Source: Takakia lepidozioides (taxonomy: Eukaryota; Plantae; Bryophyta). Taken from it: a DNA stretch of 64,000 nucleotides. Shown here piece after piece: positions 27,616-39,720 of this stretch. The notes beneath the pieces were generated by a model. That model was not told the origin of the DNA. It made no database searches and was given only the letters and a program-made list of their open reading frames with translations. The position numbers were made by a program, and so were the translations under genes. Location: assembly GCA_030704615.1 (NCBI GenBank), contig CM060733.1, positions 44,454,001 to 44,518,000 of the forward strand, given 5' to 3'. The number at the start of each line of letters is the position of its first letter. The first letter of the stretch is position 1.

Positions 27616-30600
27616 CACTAGAAGAGAAACCGGCTTTTTCCACGGTTTTTTCCACATTTTTTGCTGTGGAATCAGCCACAGTCCACACCTGCCGTGGGTG
27701 TAAGGAACGACTAGTGCTTTCGGACACCCCGTGGACGGCCTAGCTCTCGGGTGGCCCTGTGGAAAAGTCCACGGGTGGCTTTTTTCACGGGAGGTTTTTT
27801 CCATGGGTGGGCTTTTTTCACGAGGTGCATAGTGACATGGCCGCTGACATGGCCGATGACATAGCTGATATGGCAGAGTGTGAAAAATGCCATGTTTCAC
27901 GGCGGATTTCACACCTTGAACAAGCCACTATGCGACACGTGTCATATTTCACACCTTCGACAAGTCACTATGCAACACGTGTTCGTTCCTGTGTGGTGGT
28001 ACACATTAATTAATTATTATTTGCTTTCCAATATTAAGTTTGAATATTAATGGATTTAATTTATTGTTATTATTATTATTATTATAGGAAAAATGGACAG
28101 TGGCCTAGATGAGAACATTATTAAATAACAAAATATTGAAATTATGTTTTTAGAAATTATATTTATTCGCTCAGATACTAAAACACACCCTTTGCAGGGA
28201 AGGAGAGTTTGCCTTAGTGTCTATGTTGAGTTGCGTCTCCTACTCTCTGTAATCTAATAGACATTCATCTTTTTCCCTCAGTTGTCCCACCCTTGACTGC
28301 GGTCAGAAAAGCATTCATTCCACAGCTTCTCCTCATCTTTGTTACATGTTTCTGGATACTTTCCTATTGTCACTTTGGCAGTATCATGTCAAAATCACTC
28401 GAAACTATGTACCATCTACCCATGAAGGTTTCTTGTAGCTAACCCTCCATAGGGAATCATAAATAATCTGGAGCTTGAAATCTGGCCCTCTTGGATGACA
28501 CTCTATCCCTGCTCCTTCAGCTATCCATGCCTCTGCACAGATCATGCATACATCCTTGCATTGCTGTTAGCAGCTGACAATGGCAGCCTAGATTTGTTCC
28601 AGCAAACACCCAACTCAACTTATCACACCAGTTCCTATTCTCAATTGCATCTACCACTCTGTAATCCAAAGGCATTTACCTTCCAAGACGGTTGTCCCAA
28701 CATTGACTCGGGTCAGAAAAGTATTCATTCCACAGCTTCTCCTCTCTGTTACCTATTTCTGGATACTTTCCTATTGTCACTTTAGCAGTATCATGTCAAA
28801 GTCACTCCAAACTATCAAAGGTTCATTCAACCAGCTAACTTGCAGAATTCTTAAAACATGAAAATTTGGGGCGATTCTGATAAGAGGGGAAAACAGAGTG
28901 AAATGGGTTGAAGAAGGTGCCTTGATTAGCATTGCCTGATTTTATCAATTGTGCTGCTGCTGCTGCGGCTTCCAGTTGACCATCTACCCATGCAGGTTTC
29001 TTGGAGCTATTTTTCCACGGGGAATCACCCCTTCCCGCATCATTGCTCATAGGTCTCCAAAGCCTCCATCCGCGCCCTTGTTGTGCATATCCTGCAATCA
29101 TCGCACTCCAAGACACCACATCTCGTTCAGCCATACTGTCAAACACTTCCTTTGCATCCTCGATGCACCCACATTTTGCATACATGCAGTCCACCAGGGC
29201 AGTGTTCATAATGACATTGGGTACAATTCCAGATTTGACGATGTCACCATGGACCTCTTTGCCCTTTTCCAGAGCTCCCAGGCTTGCACATGCATTACAA
29301 ACAAATGTGATGTGGTTGGGCTTCACCCCTTCGCGCAGCAGTTGCTCATAGGTCTCCAAAGCGTTCCTACCACACCCATGTTAAATCCTGCCAACATTAT
29401 ATTCAACGTGATCAAAGTTCGTTGAGGCATTCCATTGAACACTCGGTGTGCATTCATGATGCTCCTGCACTTAACATACATGTTCACAAGGGGGTTGAGG
29501 AAAAAAACACTTGGTGTGAATCCACTTTGGATAATGTGACTGAAATGCTCCTTGGTTTAGAGGATGTAGAGCCTCTTTCAGCTTGCGTGCCTCACAAAGC
29601 ATCTTCAAATGCCCAGAAGAGCAAGAAGAGGCATTATGGACTCCCTCTCTTGATCCTCTTTTAGAAGCTGTGGTATGGTTGAGGTGCCTGATTTAAATCA
29701 GGGCTGCCAGGCCTGCAATGGTCTGCCAGGCCAAGCCTCCATCCCACGTCCCTGTTGTGCATACCCTGCAAGCATCGCACTCCACGACACCACATCTCGT
29801 TCAGCCATAGTGTTGAACACTCCCTTTGCATCCCCGATGCACCCACATTTGCCTACATGTCCACTAGGGTATTGTTCAAAATGACATTTGGTACAATTCC
29901 AGCTCTGAAGGTGTCACCATGGACCTCCTTCCCCTTTTCCAGAGCTGCCAGGGCAGTACAATTCCAGCTTTGATGATATCCCCATGCACCTCTTTGCCCT
30001 TCTCCAGGGCTGCCAGGCCTGCAATGCACACAAACATGATGTGGCCGGGCTGGACCCCTTCCCCCATCTGTTGCTCATGGGTCTCCAAAGCCTCCATCCC
30101 ATGTCCCTGCTTTGCATACCCTGCAAGCATCGCACTCCATGACACCACATCTCGTTCAGCCATAGTGTTGAACACTCCCTTTGCATCCTCGATGCACCCA
30201 CATTTTGCATACATGTCCACCCGACTATTGTTCAAAATGACATTTGGTACAATTCCAGCTCTGAAGGTGTCACCATGGAACTGCCAAGGCAGTGTTTCGA
30301 ATGACATTAGGTACAATTCCAGCTTTGATGATATCCCCATGCACCTCTTTGCCCTTCTCCAGGGTTGCCAGGCCTGCAATGCATACAAACATAATGTGGC
30401 AGGGCTGGACCCCTTCCCCCATCATTTGCTCATAGGTCTCCAAAGCCTCCATCCCACGTCCCTGTTGTGCATACCCTGCAAGCATCGCACTCCACGACAC
30501 CACATCTCGTTCAGCCATAGTGTTGAACACTCCCTTTGCATCCCCGATGCACCCACATTTTGCATACATGTCCACTAGGGTATTGTTCAGAATGACATTT

Positions 30601-32082
30601 GGTACAATTCCAGCTCTGAAGATGTCACCACGGACCTCCTTCCCCTTTTCCAGAGCTACCAGGGCAGTGTTTAGAATTACATTAGGTACAATTCCAACTT
30701 TGATGATATCCCCATGCACCTCTTTGCCCTTCTGAAGGGTTGCCAGGCTTGCACAAGCATTGCAATGCACACAAACATGATGTGAGAGGGCAAAACAAGT
30801 TGAAATAGGTCAAAGAAGAAGATGCCCTCACCACATTGTCCTTGAGGTTGTGTCATGACTTGACCGACCATCAACCCAAAAGGACCTCTTGTGTGTGCTG
30901 CTTGTGTCTGTAGTCAGGTAATGTCGGATTGGTCTGTGAGATCGAACCTCCACAGTGTAGCTGAGTAGGCAAAGATTGAAACACGGCCTGCTATGACCAA
31001 GCTAACTCTCCCAAGAACGGCAAGCTTGCAAGAATGTTGCGAGCTTCCCCTCGTCTCATCTCCTCCTTCTCTCCTCCTTCCTGCATCATTTGCTCAACGC
31101 CTCCATCCCACGCCCCTGCATATCTTGCGATCATCGCGTTCCATCCCTCGGCTACATGGTGTGGCGCAGAGAACAAAAAAAAAACGCCAAGTCCCAGCCC
31201 TCCTCTGTGTTCACGATTACTCTAGTGGGCACCTTATTAGCAACTTTTTAACTTTTTTAAACCTAATGGGCAACCTTATTAGCAACTTTTTGACTTTTTA
31301 ACCTTTTGCACTTTGATTCATTCTAGGTCAGAGGCTAAAGTCCTGCTATCAGACTTGCCTAGAAAACCAAAACACCACGTAGACAAACATTTGATAATGG
31401 TAATAAAATATATTACCATTGGGCTGGTTTGAACACTTGTTAGTAAATTTAGATTAGGATTTTTAGGTTAGGATTTTTTCGAAATATTCTGGTTTTTTCT
31501 TTGATGTGTGAGATGACAAAGTCCAAGCATGTCACATAAACAAGGAGTTCAACGTAAGGATGATGCAAGTGATTTGTGGCAAAAAGTGTAAATCATGCCT
31601 ATGCCTATTTGTCCTAGTTGTGTCATAGGTTGCAACGAAACGGGGCCACCTTTGAATGCGATCCCCATGCTCATTTCACCAAGGGCATTATAGACTTCAT
31701 AATGTAGAGATTGAAAATGGGGTGTATTCTTCACTTGCTAGTACCATCGTGCAGATTTCTAAACATGAACATGAAGTTCATAATCATTTTCCAAGGGCAT
31801 CATTCTCAAACTCCCCATACACCACAATCAGTGGAAATAATTGTATGTTCCCATTTCACACAGGTGTGTAACATGCCATGTAAACTAAGCCAACCCCTGC
31901 CACGTTCATGGCTGTTTTCACACCGTTCTTGCCTGGGGTGTGGACAACATGTGAGACACCCCACAGTTAGGGCATATTTAGACCCACACCTTGGCTCAGT
32001 GTACAGACCCGTGATAAAAGCCGTGGAATGTGCCAGGTGTGAGATGGCAGAGCCGTGGAAAAATCCGGTTTCTCTTCTAGTG
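27616..32082. mobile_element. Non-autonomous Pack-CACTA element carrying PPR gene fragments
   Basis: 18-bp perfect TIRs CACTAGAAGAGAAACCGG / CCGGTTTCTCTTCTAGTG; 3-bp TSD GGT (27613-27615, 32083-32085); CCACGG/CCGTGG subterminal repeats. Removal restores integrase ...QLHPLP-IMGLGYKWSLDF. Confidence 0.93.
28835..30780 (-). pseudogene. PLS-class PPR repeats (fragmented, tandemly duplicated)
   Basis: Repeated ALEKGKEVHGDIIKAGIVPNVILN-LVDMYAKCGCIEDAKGVFNTMAERDVVSWSAMLAGYAQQGRGMEALETYEQM units with frameshifts. Confidence 0.9.
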
Positions 32083-33189
32083 GGTAAAGGATGCAACTGT
32101 GGTGTAGGGGCGTTGAATGAAGCACGCACCCTGTCACACACCATGCACCTAGCCACGAACTGTTGCACCTCTGTATGCATACCACGCCACCAATACTGCC
32201 CCTGCAGTAAACTATGAGTGCGTCGCACTCCAAAATGCCCCAACTCCTCATGGGCATGCCGCACTAACCCTGCACGCTGTGTGGGGTGAGGCACAATCCT
32301 CATCCGACCATCCTCCCATACTCGGAGCAGGTGTATCCCCTCCCACTTGAACCTCTTGGCTCGTTGCAGGATCCGATCCCTCTCCTTGGCAGTTATAGTG
32401 GCTGCCATGTCTCTAGTACGGAGGTAGTCCAACACAGCTGAATCCTCATGTATATCTCTGGCACCACCTGGCTCATCACTAGCCTCAGGGTCCTCAGACA
32501 CTCCGTCTACAGTCATCCCTGTTGTAGGTCCAACCTGACCTCCCGATGCCAAGATGCACAAAAAAGCAGATGCATGCCATCCCAACACCATCTCCTCGTC
32601 CGTCTCACCATGCCACCGAGCTCCAGTGTCATCCTGCTGGCTCGTGCATGGATTGCGACTGAATCCATCCGCATCCCTATTGACCAAACCCGGTCGATGC
32701 ACAACCTGAACATGTCTCTCATGCTCCTCCACCGTAGTATGAGAGGCAAAGCAATTCATGTAAGCCTCAGGAACCGCCGTATATGTCGTCTCTCTCCTCT
32801 ATAGGTCCAATGTCAGGCTCCCAATTGCCCTTCGTAACTGCAACCTTAAGTCCAGCAGACTTAGAGGTAGAGGACGCGTCCCGTGGTTGCTATGCCGCAA
32901 CCTCTTGAGCAGTACTCCCTGCCTGCTCAGTCAATGACAAGGCCTCATCCTGCCCCATCATCTCATCCTTGAAGACCTCCTCAACCAGAGAAGAATCCCC
33001 AACCTCATCCATCACAGCCGCCTTGGCTGCCAACTCCCTCTGAACCTCGAGCAACTCCCACGTGTGCCATGGATGTCTACACCATGTGGTCCTCACCGGC
33101 TCGCCCCCACTCACTGCCTGTACCGTCTCGGTAGGCAGAGAGACCGTCAAGGAAAATGCACTCCGCACTCTTCGTTGCTCAGCCATAGC

Positions 33190-34140
33190 CAAGCTGATAA
33201 TCCAGGTCAAGCAATTTAGATCCATTGCTTGCCCCAACACCTGACGACGTGATGCCTCAGAAAGAGAAGGCACCGCCGTGGTCCCAGTGGAAAAACCCAT
33301 AGCCCGCTCTCGCTCGTTGGCATTAGGCTCCACTAATTGCTGCAACTAAGCATCCCATAAGAGGCCAAGTCCATTATCCCGGAAAACATGCGATCCTGGG
33401 AAGCTGAGTAGTGTAGGTAATGTTGCTCGTGGTTGACCCACCTTGTTGACCACTGCCAAAGGCGAACGGTCATCGTGTCTCACACGCTGAGACGGCCTCC
33501 CTATGTCCAGAATGCTATCCACTATGAGATGTGCTGGCCGCTGCACCCCATCAAATGCACGCTTAAGCAGTGGGGGTGGCATCAAGTTAGTCCACCATAG
33601 CTGTGGACGATGAGCCCATGACCCCACTGTAGCTGCATCTAGCAACACTGTTGACCCAAGCCACGACCGGACTTGATGCACACTGGCCATCACCCCGGCC
33701 GGAGAATCGCCCATCAGTGGCACATTCTCCAAGATGTATGCTGGAGATACAGCTTGATGAAGCTACAAGTGGCGCAAAACCCGCACCATCTCCCAAAACA
33801 GACCCGATCTCGAGTCTCGCAATCCATTGTCATGCCTGGCTGATGAATACCCTTGGCATGGCCAACCTGCCACTACCAAATCAATGAAGCCAACCCGCTC
33901 CAAATCCTGCGCCCCCAGCAAAGAGCTGTCTGCTAGCAAGGCCTGCTGATATCCACGAACCGCAGACATCAGCAACAACTCAGGGTACTACTGCGCCAAC
34001 TGAGCAATATGACGGAGTGAGTCGCGTCGTGCAGTCTCATCCCTCTCCACATACAGGTTATGCCAAACTCGTACACCTGCCTGTAACACAGCAGCCAATC
34101 CAGTGCTAATCCCGCCAAACAAGTCCAGAAGACAAATGCT
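33190..34140 (-). pseudogene. C5-cytosine DNA methyltransferase domain (Dnmt3-like) inside the pol polyprotein
   Basis: All in one frame and in canonical order: motif I ICLLDLFGGISTG, II LYVERD, IV DLVVAGWPCQG (catalytic PC), V SRSGLFWEM, VI YILENV, VIII AHRPQLWWTNL, IX EPNANERERAMGF, X RRQVLGQAMD. Three in-frame TAG stops (33988, 33763, 33346). Confidence 0.92.
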
Positions 34141-34559
34141 TTCATCCCGATACTGCCACACAATAGGTGTAGTGTCCAATGGAGACAACTGAGGTGGTCT
34201 TGGTGCAATCCCCGCATTCTCCTCCTCTCCTGACGGTACAAAAGCCTCCACCCAGGTTTTTTGCACCCGTCGATCAGCATCCCGCTGCAAATCCTTGCTC
34301 GTGCCCCACAATGGAGTCTGAGCAACCATGGTAGACAACTCCGCCATACCATACATATCATCCTGCTCTCTCGGAGGTGGCATATCCTCTGAATGAGCGT
34401 TGCCCTCAAGCAACTCTCCAGGCCAACTCACTGCCGCTGTGAATATTGCTAGTGTCGGCATCTTGCCTCGCTGGGCAAACGCAACTCCTCCTAAGAACGT
34501 CACGGGGAGCTGCACACGCCGGCCCTCCCCTGACTGCCATGTAGGCCTATAAGAAGCTG

Positions 34560-34930
34560 ACTCCTCCCAAAAATCCAGGGTGAAGCCCATGGGGTACAAC
34601 ACTGCCCCACCAACCAGGAGACCGCGTCTGTCACAATGGCCTTGGCTTGCATCACTGAGCCATCTGTAGGGTGATCCGGCCATAGTCTGATAGCCAACTC
34701 ACGCCGTGTCATGCCCCGAGCCTGCTCCGATCCTCCCAGAGACGTCTGTATCTGGAAAGGACAATGCTCTATAACCGCCTTCGTGAGGCCCAGGCCTGCA
34801 ATAGCAGCTCTGCCTAGCATCAATGGCTGAGCTCCCGAGTCCAACAAGACCCGCAGTGGCTGGTACCTCTTGCCTGCCGGTCCACTCAAACAGAAAATGC
34901 CATCCTGGTTGTCTAACATGACAACTCCAG
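34560..34930 (-). pseudogene. Retroviral-type aspartic protease
   Basis: LRVLLDSGAQPLMLG catalytic motif (~34850) and downstream LVGGAVLYPMGF after a small frameshift. Confidence 0.85.
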
Positions 34931-35599
34931 GTGTAACCATGGCGCGCTCAATGGTTGGCCTAGCTGGCAGTTCCATCAACCTGGCAGCTGCAGCTTGCCA
35001 TGGCGCCAGCGTGGCAGTCTTGACCCTCAAACCCGAGGATCCCTCTGACACTACACCTCCCACTATCTCCGCAGAAGATGAAGTAACCTCCCCACTCTCA
35101 CAGAGTGTAGCTGCCAGCCTGAACACCCGGCGTCGCAATCATGGTAGCCGAGAACAATGGAGCCTGGCACACAGATGTGGCCGCTCCTAGCAGCACACTA
35201 GCTGCGTAGATTTGGCAACACTAGGTAGTGGTGCTACCCATGTAGCTCTCCCCAATGGCATAGTAACCTCCGCCTCGGTAACAGTCGGGCGAGAACTAGG
35301 TGCCATGGATGGCGTCGACACTGTCTCCGCCAATGTGAATGACTGAGGAAGCCTAGCCCAACGGCTTGCCTCCCCACGTTGTGGATCCAATTCCATCTCT
35401 GCACCTCGTGGCTCAGGAACTCGTGCTGTTCCTCGAGTCACGGCTGCAGCAGACTCCACCTGCACTAGTGGTAGTGTTGCTCCGCACATGAATCCTACGC
35501 CTCCCATATCTCCTCCCTCAGGAGCAAGAGGTGGACCATCCGGCCTTGGAGCCGGTACCACCTGAGCTATAGCCATGGCAGCGAGCCTCTGCTCTAGCT

Positions 35600-37043
35600 G
35601 CTGAAGCCGGTTGGCCATGCCTTGGTCAACACCCTGACCTCCGTGTCCTTGGCCATGTTGAGCTTGCCCTTGGCCTGCACCTCATGCCTGGCCACCTCGT
35701 CCTCTCTGGGCTGCTCCACCTCGCCCCCGGCCACCATTGTTCCCTTGGAACTGGTCTGGGCGCAACTTAGGATGCAAACCATAACACTGGGCTTCTCCAT
35801 GCCCGTGCTTGCCACAATGCCCACACTACAACTCTGCAGGCTATGCATGTGCCGGCCCTTTGCCTCCCTCTGGGCAATCCTTCTTGACATGGGGTCCTCC
35901 ACATATCCAGCACACCACATCCGCCCATTGTTGGCCAGCAAATGAAGGGAGAGACCCCTGCATCTGAGGTCCTCTCTGCCCTTCCCTGAGCTTCACCTGA
36001 GCCCCCTTGTTGCGTTGAGCACGTTGAGGTAGTGGTTGGCTAGGAGCACCTCTACCCCGACCACTACCCCGTGGTGTCTCCTTAGCAAATCCCACCACGA
36101 CCACTCGTTCCTCCACCATGTTGAGCTCTATCCGCTCTACCAGCAAAAACACATTCGCTAAGGTGGGTTGGGCCGCTTGTAGGAGAGTTGCATCCCGCAC
36201 CCTTCTCCTCAGCTCCTTGTCCAATATCCCATACCAGAATTGGACTGCTTGAGCTTCCGTAACCCCTTGGGTTACATTTATCAAGCGCCTCATGCGAGTG
36301 AAAGCCTCCCTCAAGCTCTCAGTAGGCTTCCGTTGGAACTCTTGCAAGCTCCGCAACTTCTCTGTCATCACCCCTTGGTAGTTTCCTCTGAACTCTTCGA
36401 AGAACTCCACAACAGGGTTGAAGGCAGGCACGGGTACTGGAGCTGGTGCGGTAGTGGCTTGGGTGGACGTCGTAGCTACGGTACCACCAGTCCTACTAGT
36501 CCCACTGCTGCTTGCTGAAGCTGCCGGTGTAGCGGCAGGTGTAGCCACTGCCCTCGTGATTCTAGTGGCCCTAGTGATGGAGACATAGTCGGGTGACCAG
36601 TACATCCTCCACTCCTCGATCTCAACCTCATGCCCCCGCCTGAACTCATGGTAATCATCCATAGGCGGCCCCTCAAGGTGCTGAAACATCCCCTTCTATG
36701 CCATGAAAGGCGTAAATAGTTGTGGATTGCGCATTTGCTGCAAATCACACCAACTATCAAACTCTTGGATAAAATCATCCAACTCGATGGTGCCCACCGC
36801 CCCAGAGTATCTTCGTGGCCCCTTGGTAGCTCCATACATCTCCTCCATTGTGTCCCACAACAATGGCAATGAAACAACTTGCATCGCCGGTATGAGTCCT
36901 CCTGATTCACAATCCGAATCAGAACCTTCCGTAGAAGACACAGGAGGTGAAGGTGGCCTAAACCGGACACCTCGTCTCGTGTACCCATTAGTATCGCTAG
37001 TGCTCAAACCGGCACTGTCCCCAGCAACTAGTGGCACCTCCAT
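35600..37043 (-). pseudogene. gag: Gag with two zinc knuckles
   Basis: IELDDFIQEFDSWCD, FQRKPTESLREAFTRMRRL (major-homology-like), CWICGGPHVKKDC and CGHCGKHGHGEAQC. Same frame as the protease, broken only by in-frame stops. Confidence 0.85.
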
Positions 37044-37789
37044 GTTGACACTCAACCGGTCATGAACATGTCCCTAATCCCCTCTCCACAAGGTAACCGG
37101 GTAGAGAACCTGTTGCGGCTTATGGTTTGGAATACTAAGTTCCTAACATAGCCTACACCTGTACCTGCATCCACCGCAAGCACTTCTATGGTTAGCTGGT
37201 CATCACCTCCAACCTCACCACAGGAGAAACAATGATGGTCTGGCTGGTCATCACCCGAGCCTCACCATCGACAACATGCTCTAGGACTGGTCGGTGATCA
37301 AATCCGGACCAATCACCTATAAAAACAAGCGCCCACACAAAACTAGCATGGCGCACAGTCAAGCATGCAGGTATGGAGGGGATCCAAACACAAGAAATCG
37401 GAACGACAACTCCCCCACACCAAAAACAACTCCAGGGTGTTGCTCCTGCAAGGACACCCCAGCCCAAACCCGGACTGACTCTTGCCTCCACCTACGGAAA
37501 GGTCTTGGCCTAATGAGAGGGTGGAAACTACGAGGAAGAGAAGCTAAAGCAATGCCTAACCTCAGCATGCCCTCATCCCAACACTCTTTTTCTCCTCTCT
37601 TTCCTCACTTGCATGACCATGGAAATATTATGAAGATACTCCTCAAACCGCCCTCCACAAGCTTTTAATTCGGCCTTCAAGACATGCCAGTCCTTAGGCA
37701 GTCCACCAGTGCCTCCACGAGTCAGCACAGGCCGTCCACAGATCAACACGGGCCACCACAGACCAGCACAGGCCCACACAGATCACTGG

Positions 37790-38870
37790 TCATAGCCGTC
37801 ACAGCCCTACAAAGGTCACAGGGGTCACAGCCCCAAAGGCCATAGCCTCTCACAACCCCTCACAGCCCGTCACAGTCTGTCACAGCCCTACACAGGTCAC
37901 AGGGGTCACAGCCCCAAATGCCACAACCTGTCACAGCCCCTCATAGCCCGTCACAGCCCCATAGGCCACAGGGCACAGCCTGTCACAGCCCCTCACAGCC
38001 CGTCACAGCCCCACAGGCCACATGACACAGCCTATCACAGCCTGTCACAGCCCTACACAGGTCACAGGGGTAACAGCCCCAGCCACAGCCTATCACAGCC
38101 CCTCACAGCCCCATAGGCCACAGGGCACAGCCTGTCACAGCCCGTCACAGCCCCACAGGCCACATGGCACAGCCTGTCACAGCCCTACACAGGTCACAGG
38201 GATCACAGCCCCAAAGGCCACAGACCGTCACAGCCCCACAGGCCACAGGGCACAGCCTGTCACAGCCCCTCACAGCCCGTCACAGCCCCACAGGCCACAT
38301 GGCACAGCCTGTCACAGCCCCAAAGGCCACAGCCCGTCACAGCCCGTCACAGCCCCACAGGCCACAGGCACAGCCCACCACAGCCTGTCACAGCCCGTCA
38401 CAGCCCCACAGGCCACAGGCCACAGCCTGTCACAGCCTGCCACAGGCTGTCACAGCTCGCCACAGCCTGTTACAGCCCGTCACAGCCCCACAGCCACATG
38501 GCACAGCCTGGCACAGCCTGTCACAGCCCCTCATAGCCCGTCACAGCCCCACAGGCCATAGGGCACACTTGTCACAGCCCGCCACAAGCCTGTCACAGCC
38601 CCTCACAACCCCTCACAACCCCACAGGCCACTGGGCACAGCCTGTCACAGCCCCTGACAGCCCTCACAGCCCACAGGCCACATGGCACAGCCTGTCACAA
38701 CCGCCACAGCCCCTCACAGCCATCACAACGTGTCACAGCCCGTCACAGCCCCACAGGCCATAGGGCACAGCCTGTCACAGCCCACCACAGCCTGTCACAG
38801 CCCACCCAGCCTGTCACAGCCCATCACAGCCTGTCACAGCCCGTCACAGCCCCACAGGCCACTCATGACA
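37790..38870. repeat. Complex tandem array of short CACAG-core units (GTCACAGCCC, CCACAGGCCA, GGCACAGCCT)
   Basis: Dozens of CACAG-core units over ~1.1 kb, upstream of gag within the Ty3-related element. Confidence 0.95.
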
Positions 38871-39297
38871 GTTTAGCCATTTCTCCAAGGGGTTTAGCCA
38901 CGCCAAGCTAGGGTTTGTGTCTCTTGGACTCTATGCTTCTTTGCACCGAGCTATGGCGGCTGTGAAGAAATCAGCAAGGTATTCTTGCTCTTTCGGCTCC
39001 CACACACCACCAATAGTAGCCCTAAAGCCATGAGGAAGATGGTTGCCACAAACCAAGCCTTCTTTCTCACTTAGACTCCCCAAATCCGCCACTAAACTCA
39101 ATGGCAAACAACCAAGCCTTGCCGGTTTCCAGCCCTTGTGAGCACTCATTCAAGCGTTTCCCTTGGCCATAGCATCTGTCTTAGAGCCTATTTCCAGCCC
39201 CTACACCTGCCACTTCAAGAGCCATGCTCTATCTAGGCTTGAGGTTGAAACCCCAACTCAGAACACGCTCTATAAGTGTCGGACTGTCACATAAGAG

Positions 39298-39720
39298 CAG
39301 ATCAGCCCCTTACCTTCTCTTCTAGTTCTCTATTAAAGCTTGAAAACAAAATCCCAATGGACTGAAGGCATGCTCCACACATGCCCCACTCTCACCACCA
39401 GAGAATCAGCCCCTTTGCTTTCTTTCTTGCACCCACCAACCTGAAAATACACGCTTCAGCGGGCTGGAAGCATGCTCCACACATGCCCTATAGGGAAACC
39501 AGCCCCTTCCTTCCTTTCTTGCACTCGCAAACCTGAAAGTACAAGCCTTCAATAGGCTGAAAGCATGCTCCACACATGCATTGCTCTCACATAAGGGAAG
39601 TCAGCCCTTCCCTCTTCTTTGCTTGCCCTCCAAGCTTGAAGATGGAAGCTTCAATGAGCTGAATACATGCTCCACACATGCAACCTCTTCACACAAGAGG
39701 TATCAGCCCCCTATCTTGGC
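39298..39720. repeat. ~100-bp degenerate tandem repeat, 4+ units
   Basis: CAGCCCY near 39301, 39406, 39499, 39601 and 39703; CATGCTCCACACATGC near 39369, 39471, 39564 and 39666. Confidence 0.8.

Larger units (their letters stand above)
26544..32400 (-). pseudogene. Integrase (HHCC zinc finger, DDE core) with C-terminal PHD finger, split by the CACTA insertion
   Basis: HAHEELGHFG...YWWRGM...CMVC (32260-32130); WSLDFAGP, VEHFSKW, LTDQGREF, ADGLAER (27600-27290); PHD CMLC...[32 protein letters not shown] (26690-26550). Confidence 0.92.

Noticed and set aside
37790-38870. CRISPR-like array
   Set aside because: No unique spacers, units far too short, eukaryotic context and no cas genes.
38022-38876. 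ORFs of 179, 199 and 64 aa
   Set aside because: Open only because the tandem array lacks stop codons; antisense to the element.
39277-39290. TGTCGG as the inner boundary of a 5' LTR
   Set aside because: Matches the left terminus for only 5 nt and has no adjacent TGG-type primer-binding site.
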